From: Candidatus Poribacteria bacterium
Lineage (GTDB): Bacteria; Poribacteria; WGA-4E; WGA-3G
DNA: 64,000 nucleotides
NCBI GenBank assembly: GCA_965198235.1
Contig: OZ240248.1
Coordinates: 2,336,001 to 2,400,000 of the forward strand
Reading direction: 5' to 3'
The position numbers were made by a program, and so were the translations under genes. Of this stretch, positions 16,429 through 26,576 are shown one piece after another (position 1 is the stretch's first letter; every line of letters starts with the position of its first letter). The notes under the pieces are model-generated. The model was not told the origin of the DNA. It made no database searches and saw nothing but the letters and a program-made list of their open reading frames with translations.

Positions 16429-19053
16429 CTACGTTTTCTGTTTCGGGTTCCAGAACGCGCAAATCACTGCCGTAATCGGTATCGCAAGAACTAAACCCAA
16501 CGTGCCAGCGAGCAGTCGGACAATCTCGGCGGATACAACACCGATGCTCAACAACTGTGCCGGTGGTGATTTGAAAAAGTCCAGATTCGGTGCTGTGACT
16601 GTGACCACGAGCAGGAGCTCCACGCCCAGATAGGCGAAAACCAACGTATTCACCATCGTACCAAGAATGTCCGTTCCAACGTTCAAACCAGAAGCGATGA
16701 GCCGCCATGCTGGCATGTTCGGATTTGCCTTGCGAATTTCTTCCATACTTGATGCCACCTCGATCGCGCCGTCAACAGCGACACCCAATACACCCATTAG
16801 CATTCCTGCCAGGAGTATCTGCACAAAATCGAACGGTGGTGTGCGCGTTGCCTCTACAATGTCCGCTGAAATCGCGTTCTCTAACCCAGAAAAATGGAGG
16901 TGCTGCTGAGCGAACAGGACAATCAAACCCGCAACCAAGATTCCACCCATCGTTCCAAATACTGCCGAAAAGGTTTTTCGACTCGGACCGATTACGAATA
17001 CCAGCGACACAAACGCCACGATGCCGGAAGTCAGCGTTACGATGAACACTGCATTCGCACCTCCCGAAATTAACGGCAGCATAAAGAAGTAGATGACTGC
17101 TGCAGACATCAGCATCGCACACGCTGTACGGATCCCTTCGATCCTGCCCACAAGGATAATTAACAGTAGCATCCCACCCACTATCCAAATTAGGAATCGG
17201 TCTCTACCGTAATCTTGAACGATGTTAACGAGACTCATCTGTTCAGGATTCCCGGCGACACGACAAAGAATAACATCCCCCGGTTCTGCGGGAATACTCA
17301 GCAATGGCATATTGTGGTTCACAATGTTTCGTAACACCAAGCGTCTGCCTTTATACATCCCGCTCAGCATTTCCACTTCAAGAATATGATGTTCGATTTT
17401 CGATGCATAGACATTGAGTCGCGATTCGGAGATCGCTCCGACAGTGTCCTCTATTGCCCGGATGCTATAGGTTTGCTCGTATTTCGTATCCGAAAGGAGC
17501 CAACGACTGTCCTTCCACGGTTTAACCGAAACCGTGAGTTCGTCTGAAAGTGGGACGTTATGACTACTGAACGCCTCACGCAAAGCTGTGGGGACAACCC
17601 GGTTGTTCAGATCACTTGCGGCACTGCTGTCAATATCAAAAAGGAGGTTTCCGCTGGATTCAAGCAATCGAACGACTTTGCCCTTCGCGTATTCCGATTT
17701 ACTAATAGAGTTTCCGTCTGCATCCCTTTGCTCCAAAACCGTCGCGGAGAGTTCATGCGTGCGGTAGTACACAAGAATTGTGCCGATCAGAACGATAGCC
17801 ATCGCTATAGGGACAGCGATTCGGGCTTTACTACGCGGCGGGTCAGCACGGAACAATTCCTCTAATTCTTCCGCTGAAGGTAAGTCCTCGTGAATTTCAG
17901 ATTTGTCTACCTTCGTGTACTGTGTGAGGAATCCGGCAACCGATGCGGCAATTGGAACCGTGAGTACTAACCCGATAGTTCCCACGACGGCTTGGACAAT
18001 CGCAACTGCTGTGGCTTCATCGTTGACGAGACGGAGAAATGGGTAGAGGATGCCGACTTCCGGGAAATCAATGCGTGGCAGCAACATTGTCATCATGTGC
18101 GCGCCGAGGTAGGCGAAGATGAGCGTATCTGCCATCGTCCCCATAATGTCTCTGCCCACATTCAATCCAGCACGAATCGCTTGTCGGGCGGTGATGTTCG
18201 GGTTCACCTGCTTGACTTCGTGGACGCTTGAGGAGATGGACATGCTTACATCCATCATCGCGCCGACGGCACCCAAAATAATGCCTGCAGACAGGATACC
18301 TGTGAAATTCCAGTGATGCGAGCCTGGTGTCCGCCACAATGCGATTCCAAGTTCCAGGAAACCAAACTCTTGCGCCAACCCAGTCAACGCCATTGCATGT
18401 TGGCTGAGGACAGATAAGATTCCAACAGCCGCTAACCCCCCAAGTGTCCCAAGTACACCGGAAATTACCTTGAAACTAAATCCTGTAATGAGGAGGAAGG
18501 TCGCGAACGTGAGTAAGGTGGCAACTAAAAGCGCAACTGCGATCGGATTATAACCGCTGATGGTCAGTGGCACCAGTAGGTAAAGCACGGTGAGCGCAGT
18601 GACAAATAGAGTCAGAATCGCGCGGACCCCTTTCATTCCTGCGACAAGTATCATCAAGATGCCTAACGCGCCCGCCAGATAAAGCAGGAACGGCGTTCGG
18701 AAGTACTCACGCATTGACACGGTCTCAATTTTCGGACGCATTGGGTCGCGGAGCGGGATATCGAGGAACAGCACCTCCCCTTTATGTAATATGCGATCTC
18801 CGAAAGCGCGTCCCGTCCAAATATTGTTCACCTGAACAGTCTCCCCACGAAACTGTCCAGAGAGAATGCGGATGGACAAAACCTGATCCGCTTCGTCGCT
18901 TGTGTCTATCTTAACAACACGTCCTATGCAGACTAACACTTGCAACGCGCCGTCGTGCGTCACTTCCGCAAACCGATAAAGTTTTACGTGCAACGCTGCG
19001 ACACTCAACAGGATGAGCAATATCATGACGATTTTGATGTTTCTTTCTCGCAT
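16429..19053 (-). CDS. YibE/F-family membrane protein with two tandem YibE/F modules
   Basis: two copies of G(A)xxD..SS..E..NP...GLNVGxDIxGTMxxTLxFAYLG and GxxGLVLxxPI; start at MRERN. Confidence 0.85.
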   Translation of the reverse strand: MRERNIKIVMILLILLSVAALHVKLYRFAEVTHDGALQVLVCIGRVVKIDTSDEADQVLSIRILSGQFRGETVQVNNIWTGRAFGDRILHKGEVLFLDIPLRDPMRPKIETVSMREYFRTPFLLYLAGALGILMILVAGMKGVRAILTLFVTALTVLYLLVPLTISGYNPIAVALLVATLLTFATFLLITGFSFKVISGVLGTLGGLAAVGILSVLSQHAMALTGLAQEFGFLELGIALWRTPGSHHWNFTGILSAGIILGAVGAMMDVSMSISSSVHEVKQVNPNITARQAIRAGLNVGRDIMGTMADTLIFAYLGAHMMTMLLPRIDFPEVGILYPFLRLVNDEATAVAIVQAVVGTIGLVLTVPIAASVAGFLTQYTKVDKSEIHEDLPSAEELEELFRADPPRSKARIAVPIAMAIVLIGTILVYYRTHELSATVLEQRDADGNSISKSEYAKGKVVRLLESSGNLLFDIDSSAASDLNNRVVPTALREAFSSHNVPLSDELTVSVKPWKDSRWLLSDTKYEQTYSIRAIEDTVGAISESRLNVYASKIEHHILEVEMLSGMYKGRRLVLRNIVNHNMPLLSIPAEPGDVILCRVAGNPEQMSLVNIVQDYGRDRFLIWIVGGMLLLIILVGRIEGIRTACAMLMSAAVIYFFMLPLISGGANAVFIVTLTSGIVAFVSLVFVIGPSRKTFSAVFGTMGGILVAGLIVLFAQQHLHFSGLENAISADIVEATRTPPFDFVQILLAGMLMGVLGVAVDGAIEVASSMEEIRKANPNMPAWRLIASGLNVGTDILGTMVNTLVFAYLGVELLLVVTVTAPNLDFFKSPPAQLLSIGVVSAEIVRLLAGTLGLVLAIPITAVICAFWNPKQKT

Positions 19054-19283
19054 TTTTTTATTTTTGGCTCCTGGTCTGCTCCCCACTTCGTTTCGGGCAG
19101 GTTTCCGATCATCCTGTACTGGCTTCGCAGTGAGAATTTTAAAATCGAACCGCAGGTTTCGTGAAATGAAGAAGCTTAAAATTAGCCTCGAACCCCAAGC
19201 CTGAAACGGAGTGGAAGGCGACTCTTAAGGTAGGCACGTTAAAGTCTAAACCCGCGTCATTTAACCGCAAGGAACATTTAAAA
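19054..19283. mobile_element. MITE-like dispersed element (family C)
   Basis: shares left end (GCTCCTGG..CCACTTCGTT), internal AACG(G/A)AGTGGAAGG and right end AACC(G/A)CAAGGAA..TTAAAA with 54589-54873. Confidence 0.7.
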
Positions 19284-19285
19284 GT

Positions 19286-19302
19286 TGCAAATAACATGCC
19301 AA
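19286..19302 (-). promoter_or_regulatory. sigma54 (-24/-12) promoter facing the YibE/F gene
   Basis: TTGGCATGTTATTTGCA, exact GG-N10-GC spacing. Confidence 0.7.
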
Positions 19303-19352
19303 GCCAGAAACGCCACACTTACACTACAGACAGCCAATTCGGATCTCAAAAC

Positions 19353-19400
19353 TGCCCAGATTGGTGCAAAACCAGCGAATACATTGCCCGAAACCGTGCA
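19353..19400. promoter_or_regulatory. two putative enhancer-binding-protein sites
   Basis: TGCCCAGATTGGTGCA (19353) and TGCCCGAAACCGTGCA (19385), 32 bp apart, upstream of the sigma54 motif. Confidence 0.5.
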
Positions 19401-19449
19401 GAATAACTGATAGAGGTTCTTCCGGTAGCAAGGATCACCGAATCTTGAA

Positions 19450-21375
19450 TCAGAGATGCTTCCGAATGTTCTCCGCGACGCTGCGTGGAATTCCCTTCAC
19501 GGAGAGCAATCCATCTAAACTGGCTTCTCGGATCGCTTCGATTGAACCGAAATGCTGGAGCAGTGCCTGTTTCCGCTTTGGACCGAGGTTCGGGATCTCG
19601 TCAAGCACCGATGCACTCAGCGACTTCTGGCGGAGTCGCCGGTGATACGTAACCGCAAATCTGTGCGCTTCATCCCGTAATCGCTGGATCATGTGCAAAG
19701 TTGGATTATCCTCTCGCAGCACAATCGGTTCTGATTTACCGGGAACGAAAATTTCCTCAATCCGCTTTGCAAGTGCAATTAACGGAATATCACGGAGTTG
19801 GGATGACGCAACTTTTGAATAGCAAGTTTTGCCTTGCAAGCTGCGGCAAAAGTTCATAGCCGCTTGTGCAGCACTCAGCTGCCCTTTCCCACCATCAATC
19901 AGCATCAGATCTGGCAGCGTATTAAATTTTTCATCGTCTGCGAGGGCACGGCGGAAGCGGCGGGTGATAATCTCTTGCATCATCGCGAAATCGTTCTGTC
20001 CTTTAACTAAACGGATCTTGAACCGACGGTATTCGTCTGAAGCCGGTTTTCCATCTTCCAAGACCACCATTGATCCGACCGCAAACCTGTCGCCGAGATT
20101 GGAAATGTCGTACGCCTCAATCCGTCTGAGAGGATGTTTTAACCCAAGCAATTCTTGTAGTTCAACGAGTGCTGGCTCTACACCACTACTATAAACCACG
20201 TTCTGTTCACGCTGCGTCAGAAGGATCTCGGCGTTTTTCGTTGCCAAAATTTGCAACTTCCTGAGTCTACCTGCCCTCGGGACATGCAATCCAACGCGGT
20301 TCCCCTGTTTCTCACTGAGCCAATTTTCAATTAGTTCCATCGACTCAATGGGCATCGGCAAAACAACCGTTTTTGGCACAAAAACAGCGTTTTGATAGTA
20401 CTGTGAAATGAAGGCACTTAACGCAGTAGCGAGCGATTCTGGGTCGGCATCGTTGAGATAGTAATGTTCACGTTCAAGTAGTTTACCATCTCGCACCCGT
20501 AGAAGCTGCACGCACGCAACATCAGTCCGCGCAGCGATACCGATGACATCCTCATCCGCGGCAGAAACACTATCCATGTTCTGTGTTGTAATCGCCTGTT
20601 GAACGTCTTTAAGCGTATCTCGATACTTCGCAGCCGTCTCAAAGTCGAGTGCCTCCGCTGCGGCTTGCATCTGTTCCGTTAACTCTTTGACGACAGCATC
20701 TGTATTTCCACTTAAGAATTGGCACACCTTCTGAACGATTTCATTGTAGTCTGGCACATCAATCTTATCTGCACAAGGACCAGGACATCGTCCGATGTGG
20801 TAATCAAGGCAGACCCGGTACCTATTGCCCACTTCCGCGAGTGGTAGGGTACAGGTGCGGATAGGAAACAACTTCGTCAGTTGTTTGAGCGTCTGGCGGG
20901 TTGAACGAACGTGAACAAACGGACCGAAATATCGTGTCCCGTCGTTCTCGGCTTTACGCGTAATGTGGATACGGGGAAAGGGTTCATTGACGGTCACGCG
21001 TAGATACGGATAGCGTTTATCGTCTTTCAGTTTCACGTTGTAGCGGGGTTGATGCGCCTTAATCAGGTTGTTTTCTAAGATGAGTGCTTCTACCTCAGTC
21101 TCTGTGACGATGTAGTCAACCTCGGTAACATACCGCATCATTTGCGATGTCAACGCGGATGTAGATTTCTCGCGACTTCCGACAGTAAGTTTCGGCTTGC
21201 CAGCTTCGCCAAAATAGGAGCGCACCCGGGTCCGCAAACGAATTGCTTTTCCGACATAGATGACAGTACCATCGGAGGCTTTCATCAGATAAACCCCGGG
21301 CACATTCGGGAGAGACTGCCACAATTCAGGCAGTGCCTGTACGTTTTTGGCATTGTCAAGTTGTTCTGCCTTCAT
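19450..21375 (-). CDS. uvrC: excinuclease ABC subunit C
   Basis: GIY-YIG PGVYLM..IYVGKA, PRYNV, RIEAYDISN, LIDGGKGQL, RDEAHRFA, C-terminal HhH. Confidence 0.97.
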   Translation of the reverse strand: MKAEQLDNAKNVQALPELWQSLPNVPGVYLMKASDGTVIYVGKAIRLRTRVRSYFGEAGKPKLTVGSREKSTSALTSQMMRYVTEVDYIVTETEVEALILENNLIKAHQPRYNVKLKDDKRYPYLRVTVNEPFPRIHITRKAENDGTRYFGPFVHVRSTRQTLKQLTKLFPIRTCTLPLAEVGNRYRVCLDYHIGRCPGPCADKIDVPDYNEIVQKVCQFLSGNTDAVVKELTEQMQAAAEALDFETAAKYRDTLKDVQQAITTQNMDSVSAADEDVIGIAARTDVACVQLLRVRDGKLLEREHYYLNDADPESLATALSAFISQYYQNAVFVPKTVVLPMPIESMELIENWLSEKQGNRVGLHVPRAGRLRKLQILATKNAEILLTQREQNVVYSSGVEPALVELQELLGLKHPLRRIEAYDISNLGDRFAVGSMVVLEDGKPASDEYRRFKIRLVKGQNDFAMMQEIITRRFRRALADDEKFNTLPDLMLIDGGKGQLSAAQAAMNFCRSLQGKTCYSKVASSQLRDIPLIALAKRIEEIFVPGKSEPIVLREDNPTLHMIQRLRDEAHRFAVTYHRRLRQKSLSASVLDEIPNLGPKRKQALLQHFGSIEAIREASLDGLLSVKGIPRSVAENIRKHL

Positions 21376-21420
21376 CTTTTATGCCCCTTTTCGATTTGCG
21401 GCATGTTCGAGTGATTACAT

Positions 21421-22008
21421 CTACTCTGCAGAGAATCGAACCTTGGCGTAGATTGCCTGCAAGGACAACTCACACCCTATCGAAACGAGTCGAAACACAT
21501 CCGACAAGGAATGAAATTCTGTTAAATCCCACGCCTGTTCCTGTCGCAAATAGTGCTCAATCCGAACTCTGTCTTGTGAAATGAGAACATATTCACACAG
21601 GGAATCAAGTTTCTGATAGGACGCGAATTTCTCGCCTCGGTCATAAGCTGCAGTTGATGGAGAAAGCACTTCTATCAAGACAGTAGGGTTGAGAAGTGTA
21701 TCGAAATGCGTATCCTCAAAGTGAGGTTCGTCGCAGACAACGACAACGTCTGGATAAGTATATAATCCGGACGAACTAACCTTCACACGCATATCATTGG
21801 TGTAAATTTCACACGACCGCGTCCTCAATTGTATGTAAAGTTCACCAGCAACATGAACTGCGATGATATTATGTTTGCGGCTTGCTCCCGGCAATGCATA
21901 CACTTGCCCATTACGGTATTCGCTTTTGGTGAGTGCCTTCCGTTCCCTGGCGAGATACTCTTCAGGGTTTAAGAAGGCTTGTGCCGCGGTAGTTTCCATG
22001 GTTTCCAT
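21421..22008 (-). CDS. Uma2-family (DUF820) putative endonuclease
   Basis: YPDVVVVC, IEVLSPST..YDRGEKF..Y, EYVLISQD. Confidence 0.92.
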   Translation of the reverse strand: METMETTAAQAFLNPEEYLARERKALTKSEYRNGQVYALPGASRKHNIIAVHVAGELYIQLRTRSCEIYTNDMRVKVSSSGLYTYPDVVVVCDEPHFEDTHFDTLLNPTVLIEVLSPSTAAYDRGEKFASYQKLDSLCEYVLISQDRVRIEHYLRQEQAWDLTEFHSLSDVFRLVSIGCELSLQAIYAKVRFSAE

Positions 22009-22032
22009 AATTTTTCCGTTTTTCGTTTGGTG

Positions 22033-22737
22033 CTAAGACGAAAATCTCTCATAAACCGCCCGATAAATATCCCTGCCTTTCAAAACATACTTCATTTCGA
22101 AGTTAGTTGCGATATCCCGATCTGGACTGAGGTTTGCCTCAACAGGATGCAGGACAGGTAAACCGGCAAGACGCTCCTGAATCTCTCGGAAATATTCCTC
22201 ATAATCCGTTGTAATATAAAGCCTACCGCTATCGGGATTGAGGGTGCGTGTCAGGGCAGACAGAAAGTCTTGATTCCGAAAAATCCGTCGTTTTCGCTGC
22301 CGCTTTTTGGGCCATGGATCCGGAAAGTAGATATGATATGCTTGAACAGATCCAGTAGGCACATACCGTGTCAAGAAATAGTTGGCATCTGTCCACGCAA
22401 GACGGATATTTGAGAATGTTCCTGACGTTCTATCCACACCGAAATGCCGCATGTACTTTTCAAACCGTTCCTGCGTCAATGCAACGTATTTTTGTGCCCG
22501 TTCAACGCCAATATAATTAACCCCTGGATGCCGCTTTGATGCTTCAAGCAGGAAACGCCCTTTCCCAGATCCAATCTCTATTTCTACCGGATACGAGTTC
22601 CCGAAGAACGCTTTCCAATCAATTGGCACAGGAAACTCACCTAACGGCACAGCACGCTCTGTCACGATGTCGATTATTTGGGAGTGGGCAGTTGTATTCT
22701 GGTAGTAAAAATCGTTGTAGTGGGGATTTTCACGCAT
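22033..22737 (-). CDS. trmB: tRNA (guanine-N7)-methyltransferase
   Basis: EIGSGKGRF, FPDPWPKKR, TD..Y, TNFE. Confidence 0.93.
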   Translation of the reverse strand: MRENPHYNDFYYQNTTAHSQIIDIVTERAVPLGEFPVPIDWKAFFGNSYPVEIEIGSGKGRFLLEASKRHPGVNYIGVERAQKYVALTQERFEKYMRHFGVDRTSGTFSNIRLAWTDANYFLTRYVPTGSVQAYHIYFPDPWPKKRQRKRRIFRNQDFLSALTRTLNPDSGRLYITTDYEEYFREIQERLAGLPVLHPVEANLSPDRDIATNFEMKYVLKGRDIYRAVYERFSS

Positions 22738-22749
22738 GGCTTATCTAAC

Positions 22750-23508
22750 TTACGGCTCCGACAAAAATTTGTGGAGATGCGTTTTAACCAAATTGTCCTG
22801 CGGTTGATACCCCAGTACCTCAACCGCTCCGCTTATATCAAGATAACTCTGCTGATACCCATCAGAATTTGCCGAACGTCCGTACGTGATCAGATATTTG
22901 ACGGGTCCCTCGTAGTCTACAGCCAGTCCGAAGAGTTGTGCACAGTCTCGTGGGGTCAGCAGTGTACTACAGTGCCGTATCCCGCTCGGTTCGTACGTGC
23001 CGTTGAAACTCCCGATACGGATGCTAATGAACCGCATATCATGTGCGTCAACGAGATATCGCCCTGCGACCTCTGCCATGCCCTTCATCGCTCCGTACCA
23101 TCCATCGGGACGAAATTGATCGCCTGTTGAGAACCGAGGCGGAGAATTCAATCGCTCATTCCATCCTGAAACATGGTTTGTGCTCGCATATACAATCTTC
23201 TGAATGCCACCTTCTCGTGCGGCTTCAAACAACGTCATTGATGCACCGATGTCGCTGACTTCACCAGACACCTTTCCGAGCGAATCTTGGCGGACATAAG
23301 CCAGATGTACCAACACATCTTGATCGCGACACAATTCTTGCATCGCCGGGTAGTCCCGAATATCTGCCTGTGCCACGCGCGAGTTTGCCCCCATGATCGG
23401 ATTAATATCCATTAGCGTCAGTGTGTAGACATCCTGTTTTTCCCATGCTTGCCAAAGCGCACTGCCGACTGTGCCAGCGGCACCTGTGATGAGTACCCGT
23501 TGTTTCAT
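22750..23508 (-). CDS. NAD-dependent epimerase/dehydratase (uronate dehydrogenase-like)
   Basis: ITGAAGTVG, ASTNH, YGAMK, IRIGS; start at MKQRV. Confidence 0.85.
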   Translation of the reverse strand: MKQRVLITGAAGTVGSALWQAWEKQDVYTLTLMDINPIMGANSRVAQADIRDYPAMQELCRDQDVLVHLAYVRQDSLGKVSGEVSDIGASMTLFEAAREGGIQKIVYASTNHVSGWNERLNSPPRFSTGDQFRPDGWYGAMKGMAEVAGRYLVDAHDMRFISIRIGSFNGTYEPSGIRHCSTLLTPRDCAQLFGLAVDYEGPVKYLITYGRSANSDGYQQSYLDISGAVEVLGYQPQDNLVKTHLHKFLSEP

Positions 23509-23554
23509 TTTTAATTTTCCACCTATATTCAGAACACCCTTTACTTCAAGTTTA

Positions 23555-23580
23555 CGGACACCCACAAGGGATGTCCCTAC
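23555..23580 (-). repeat. GTAG-headed REP-like palindrome
   Basis: GTAGGGACATCCCTTGTGGGTGTCCG on the minus strand. Confidence 0.55.
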
Positions 23581-23627
23581 TATTTATCTACATATTTTTA
23601 AAATTCACCATAAATGAAAGATTTCAA

Positions 23628-26348
23628 TCAAGACGACACTCCGTTTTCAGATTCCAGTGCCGCCATAATATCGGTGTGCACGGCTTTCGGATCCGCCACG
23701 GGTTGTACGTAGAACCGATCAATCGCCTGTCCGCCTAATCCTGAACACTTACACATCTCAACGTTCAGCCCGAGTTTTGCTAAGATACCGCTGAAGTAGT
23801 GGAGAAATCCGACTTTTTCTTCACCGACTACGACTATCTCTGAATAGTTGCGTGCTGTCTCAACGCTCACATCATCAACTTGCCAAGTTTCAGTGAGATT
23901 AACGTAATGCCTCTCAAAAATCTGTTCGAGTGTCACTTCCTCTGCAAGGAGGCTGCGAATGTCAAAATCGATGTCCCGTTTGAGGTCCTCATCAAGAGGC
24001 ATCGGTTCCCCCCGATGATGCAGCGGCTGATGTACAAGCCGATAGATTTCGAGTTCAATGTTGGTATCCTGTTTCGTGTAAACGCGCGCGTCTCGAACAT
24101 CTATACCGTTAGCGAAAAAGAGACCGCTCACCGTGTGTAACTTTCCAATACGACTCGGACTACAGAGGTGTAATTCAGTAAACCCGGGTCGATCAACAAA
24201 TTGGATGATTCCTGTGCTTGGTGTTGCTCCTGGCTCTGTAGACGCGGCTTCGGCTTGCGATGTCATCTTTATGTGCATGGCTATCTCTTCAGGAGAGACA
24301 CTGATACGGTAGGAAACCGGCATGTGGTGAAGAAATTGCTGAAACTCTTCAACAGGTGCGAAGGCCCCCCACTGCGTTTCCTCCGGTCCAACAAAGCGGG
24401 CGCGAGAAACCTCGTACAAGCTCCTCAGATTGTGTTTAACAACATGACTGAAGTTTTGTGAACCGTTCGCTTTGGAATCGCAATAAGTGAGCAGATATAG
24501 AGCGGTCAAACGCTCTAACGAGTTAACCTTCTTACAGAATTCGGAAATTGTACTTTCATCCCAATGATGATAGCGTGCTAAATCTATCATTGTCAGGTGT
24601 TCTTGAATGAGAAAGCAAATATCATCCGTCTGTTGTGAGTTGAATCCAAATTCGGGTGCGATGCGCTCTGCTTTTTCTGCCCCGGTCGTCGGGTGGTTTG
24701 GATCTGGCTTATCTATATCGTGAAGGAAGAGTGCCATATACAGTGGAGCTGCATCTGAGAGTGAGCGAAATGCCGTATTGAGATCCTCTAATTCAGAAGT
24801 TGGGGATGGTGCCGTCGGCGAACCGAAACCCGCACCATCAAACGGACTACTCAATTCCGTTCGGCGAATTTCATCGAGATGTCCAATCGCGACGAGTGTA
24901 TGTTTCCCGACCGTATACGGATCAAGGCTTCGTTCGCTTCGTGTCATCATAGCCCGTTCAAAAAGTTCTCCACCTTCTCCGAGATGCGACAGGATATTGA
25001 GTCGGTGCAGGCGTGTTAAGGTCTTCTCTACATCACCCGGTATATTTATCAACTCTGCCATCCGATGCCGGAAAGAACGCCAATCAAATGCATGAACATA
25101 CCGAGAGATGAATGTAGCAAGGGACGCGTCAATTTCGAAGTCGTACTGTTGGAAGTAGGTAAACAGCGTAAAGAGTTCGTTTACATCAAGTTCACCGAAG
25201 TTATTATCGATGCAATACAGCATTTCTGTCCGCGCGGCAAGCACGTCCGAGATAGGAATCCCGTTCGCCAACATCTTCCGAATCAGAAGTTCCGCTTTAA
25301 AATGCAGATATTTTGCCATCACATAAAACTCAGCCATGAATTCATAACGTCCCTCATCGGTTTCATTTGCAAATCCGAGTACTCGAGCGATCTGGGTCTG
25401 AAGGACATCGCCTTTTTCAGGGTGATAAGTAAGATCATCATGTGGTGCATCGGCGAGAACATGGAGAAGGTTCCGCACCTTAAACATGAAATCAAGGGAC
25501 GGGATGAGCTGTCCCTCATCATAGCGTTCGTAGAGTTCAGGGATTGAGGTGAAATCCGGAAGTCCGCATATCCAGAGTGCGTACTGAAGTGTGCGTAGCC
25601 CGCCTCGTCCTGTTTTCACATTCGGTTGATTGAGATAGATCGTATCCTCAGAAGCTTCGAAAGAATCTGCTTTTGATTTCAGTAGATCCAGCACAAGCGA
25701 AATATCCGATTTTCCAGAGTATACCTCTTTCCGGAAGTGCCCAGTCAGCGATGCATCGCCAGTGATAAACCGCATATCGATCAACGCAGTCATATCCTGA
25801 TAATTCCATTGGGCTATATCTGTCAAGGGGCGATAGATGAAACTGAACTCAAACCCCGGAATCACCGAGTGGAGACTATCGAAAAAATCATAGAACCATC
25901 GGATAAGTTCGAGGGTGCTCTCATCGTAAATATCCTCTAAGTCCACAGAGGACGTATAAATGATGTCCACGTCCGAATAATAGCAAAGTTCATTTCTGCC
26001 GTAACTGCCGACACCATAGAGGGCGACGTCCGGCATCCATTCCTCCAATTCTGTTTCTAAGTCGTTTGTGTCAACGTCTGGAGGTTGCTTCAGCACGTCG
26101 ATTTGCTTCTGGTATTCATCCCGAATCTGAAAAGAGGCTACCTCATAAACCTTCTGAATAACTGCATCCCACATTTCCGTGTGAATCTTGCAAGCCGCAA
26201 ATCCACTTTCCCCTTTCAAGATGCGGGCTTTCAATTGTTCCCGTTCCGCTTGAATGAAAGCGGCTAACTGTTTTTGCAAATCTTCAAAAGGCACATTCAG
26301 GTCTGGTACATAGCGATTGAGTTGTTTTTCGATCTGTCTGGTTTCCAT
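23628..26348 (-). CDS. glnD: PII uridylyltransferase/uridylyl-removing enzyme GlnD-like
   Basis: GSYGRNEL..SDVD nucleotidyltransferase motif, PNVKTGRGGLR, YTVGKH, LHDIDK (HD), C-terminal ACT-like segments. Confidence 0.85.
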   Translation of the reverse strand: METRQIEKQLNRYVPDLNVPFEDLQKQLAAFIQAEREQLKARILKGESGFAACKIHTEMWDAVIQKVYEVASFQIRDEYQKQIDVLKQPPDVDTNDLETELEEWMPDVALYGVGSYGRNELCYYSDVDIIYTSSVDLEDIYDESTLELIRWFYDFFDSLHSVIPGFEFSFIYRPLTDIAQWNYQDMTALIDMRFITGDASLTGHFRKEVYSGKSDISLVLDLLKSKADSFEASEDTIYLNQPNVKTGRGGLRTLQYALWICGLPDFTSIPELYERYDEGQLIPSLDFMFKVRNLLHVLADAPHDDLTYHPEKGDVLQTQIARVLGFANETDEGRYEFMAEFYVMAKYLHFKAELLIRKMLANGIPISDVLAARTEMLYCIDNNFGELDVNELFTLFTYFQQYDFEIDASLATFISRYVHAFDWRSFRHRMAELINIPGDVEKTLTRLHRLNILSHLGEGGELFERAMMTRSERSLDPYTVGKHTLVAIGHLDEIRRTELSSPFDGAGFGSPTAPSPTSELEDLNTAFRSLSDAAPLYMALFLHDIDKPDPNHPTTGAEKAERIAPEFGFNSQQTDDICFLIQEHLTMIDLARYHHWDESTISEFCKKVNSLERLTALYLLTYCDSKANGSQNFSHVVKHNLRSLYEVSRARFVGPEETQWGAFAPVEEFQQFLHHMPVSYRISVSPEEIAMHIKMTSQAEAASTEPGATPSTGIIQFVDRPGFTELHLCSPSRIGKLHTVSGLFFANGIDVRDARVYTKQDTNIELEIYRLVHQPLHHRGEPMPLDEDLKRDIDFDIRSLLAEEVTLEQIFERHYVNLTETWQVDDVSVETARNYSEIVVVGEEKVGFLHYFSGILAKLGLNVEMCKCSGLGGQAIDRFYVQPVADPKAVHTDIMAALESENGVSS

Positions 26349-26576
26349 TTTCCTCTCGCCTCCACTGTATCAGAGCAATCCAATTTTGCATAGTCCCCTT
26401 GAAATCACGAAGTGAGTAAAGGTTTTCAGTTAGACCTAATTATACGCCAAACACCGAAAAAAAACAAGCGCGTTTTTTGGTGCTACCTTTTCTCACTGGT
26501 GCGCTGCCGGATTACTTGTTTTTTTCTTGACACGCTTTTTGAATCTTGATAACATACAAGATCAGGAGGTCTAAAA

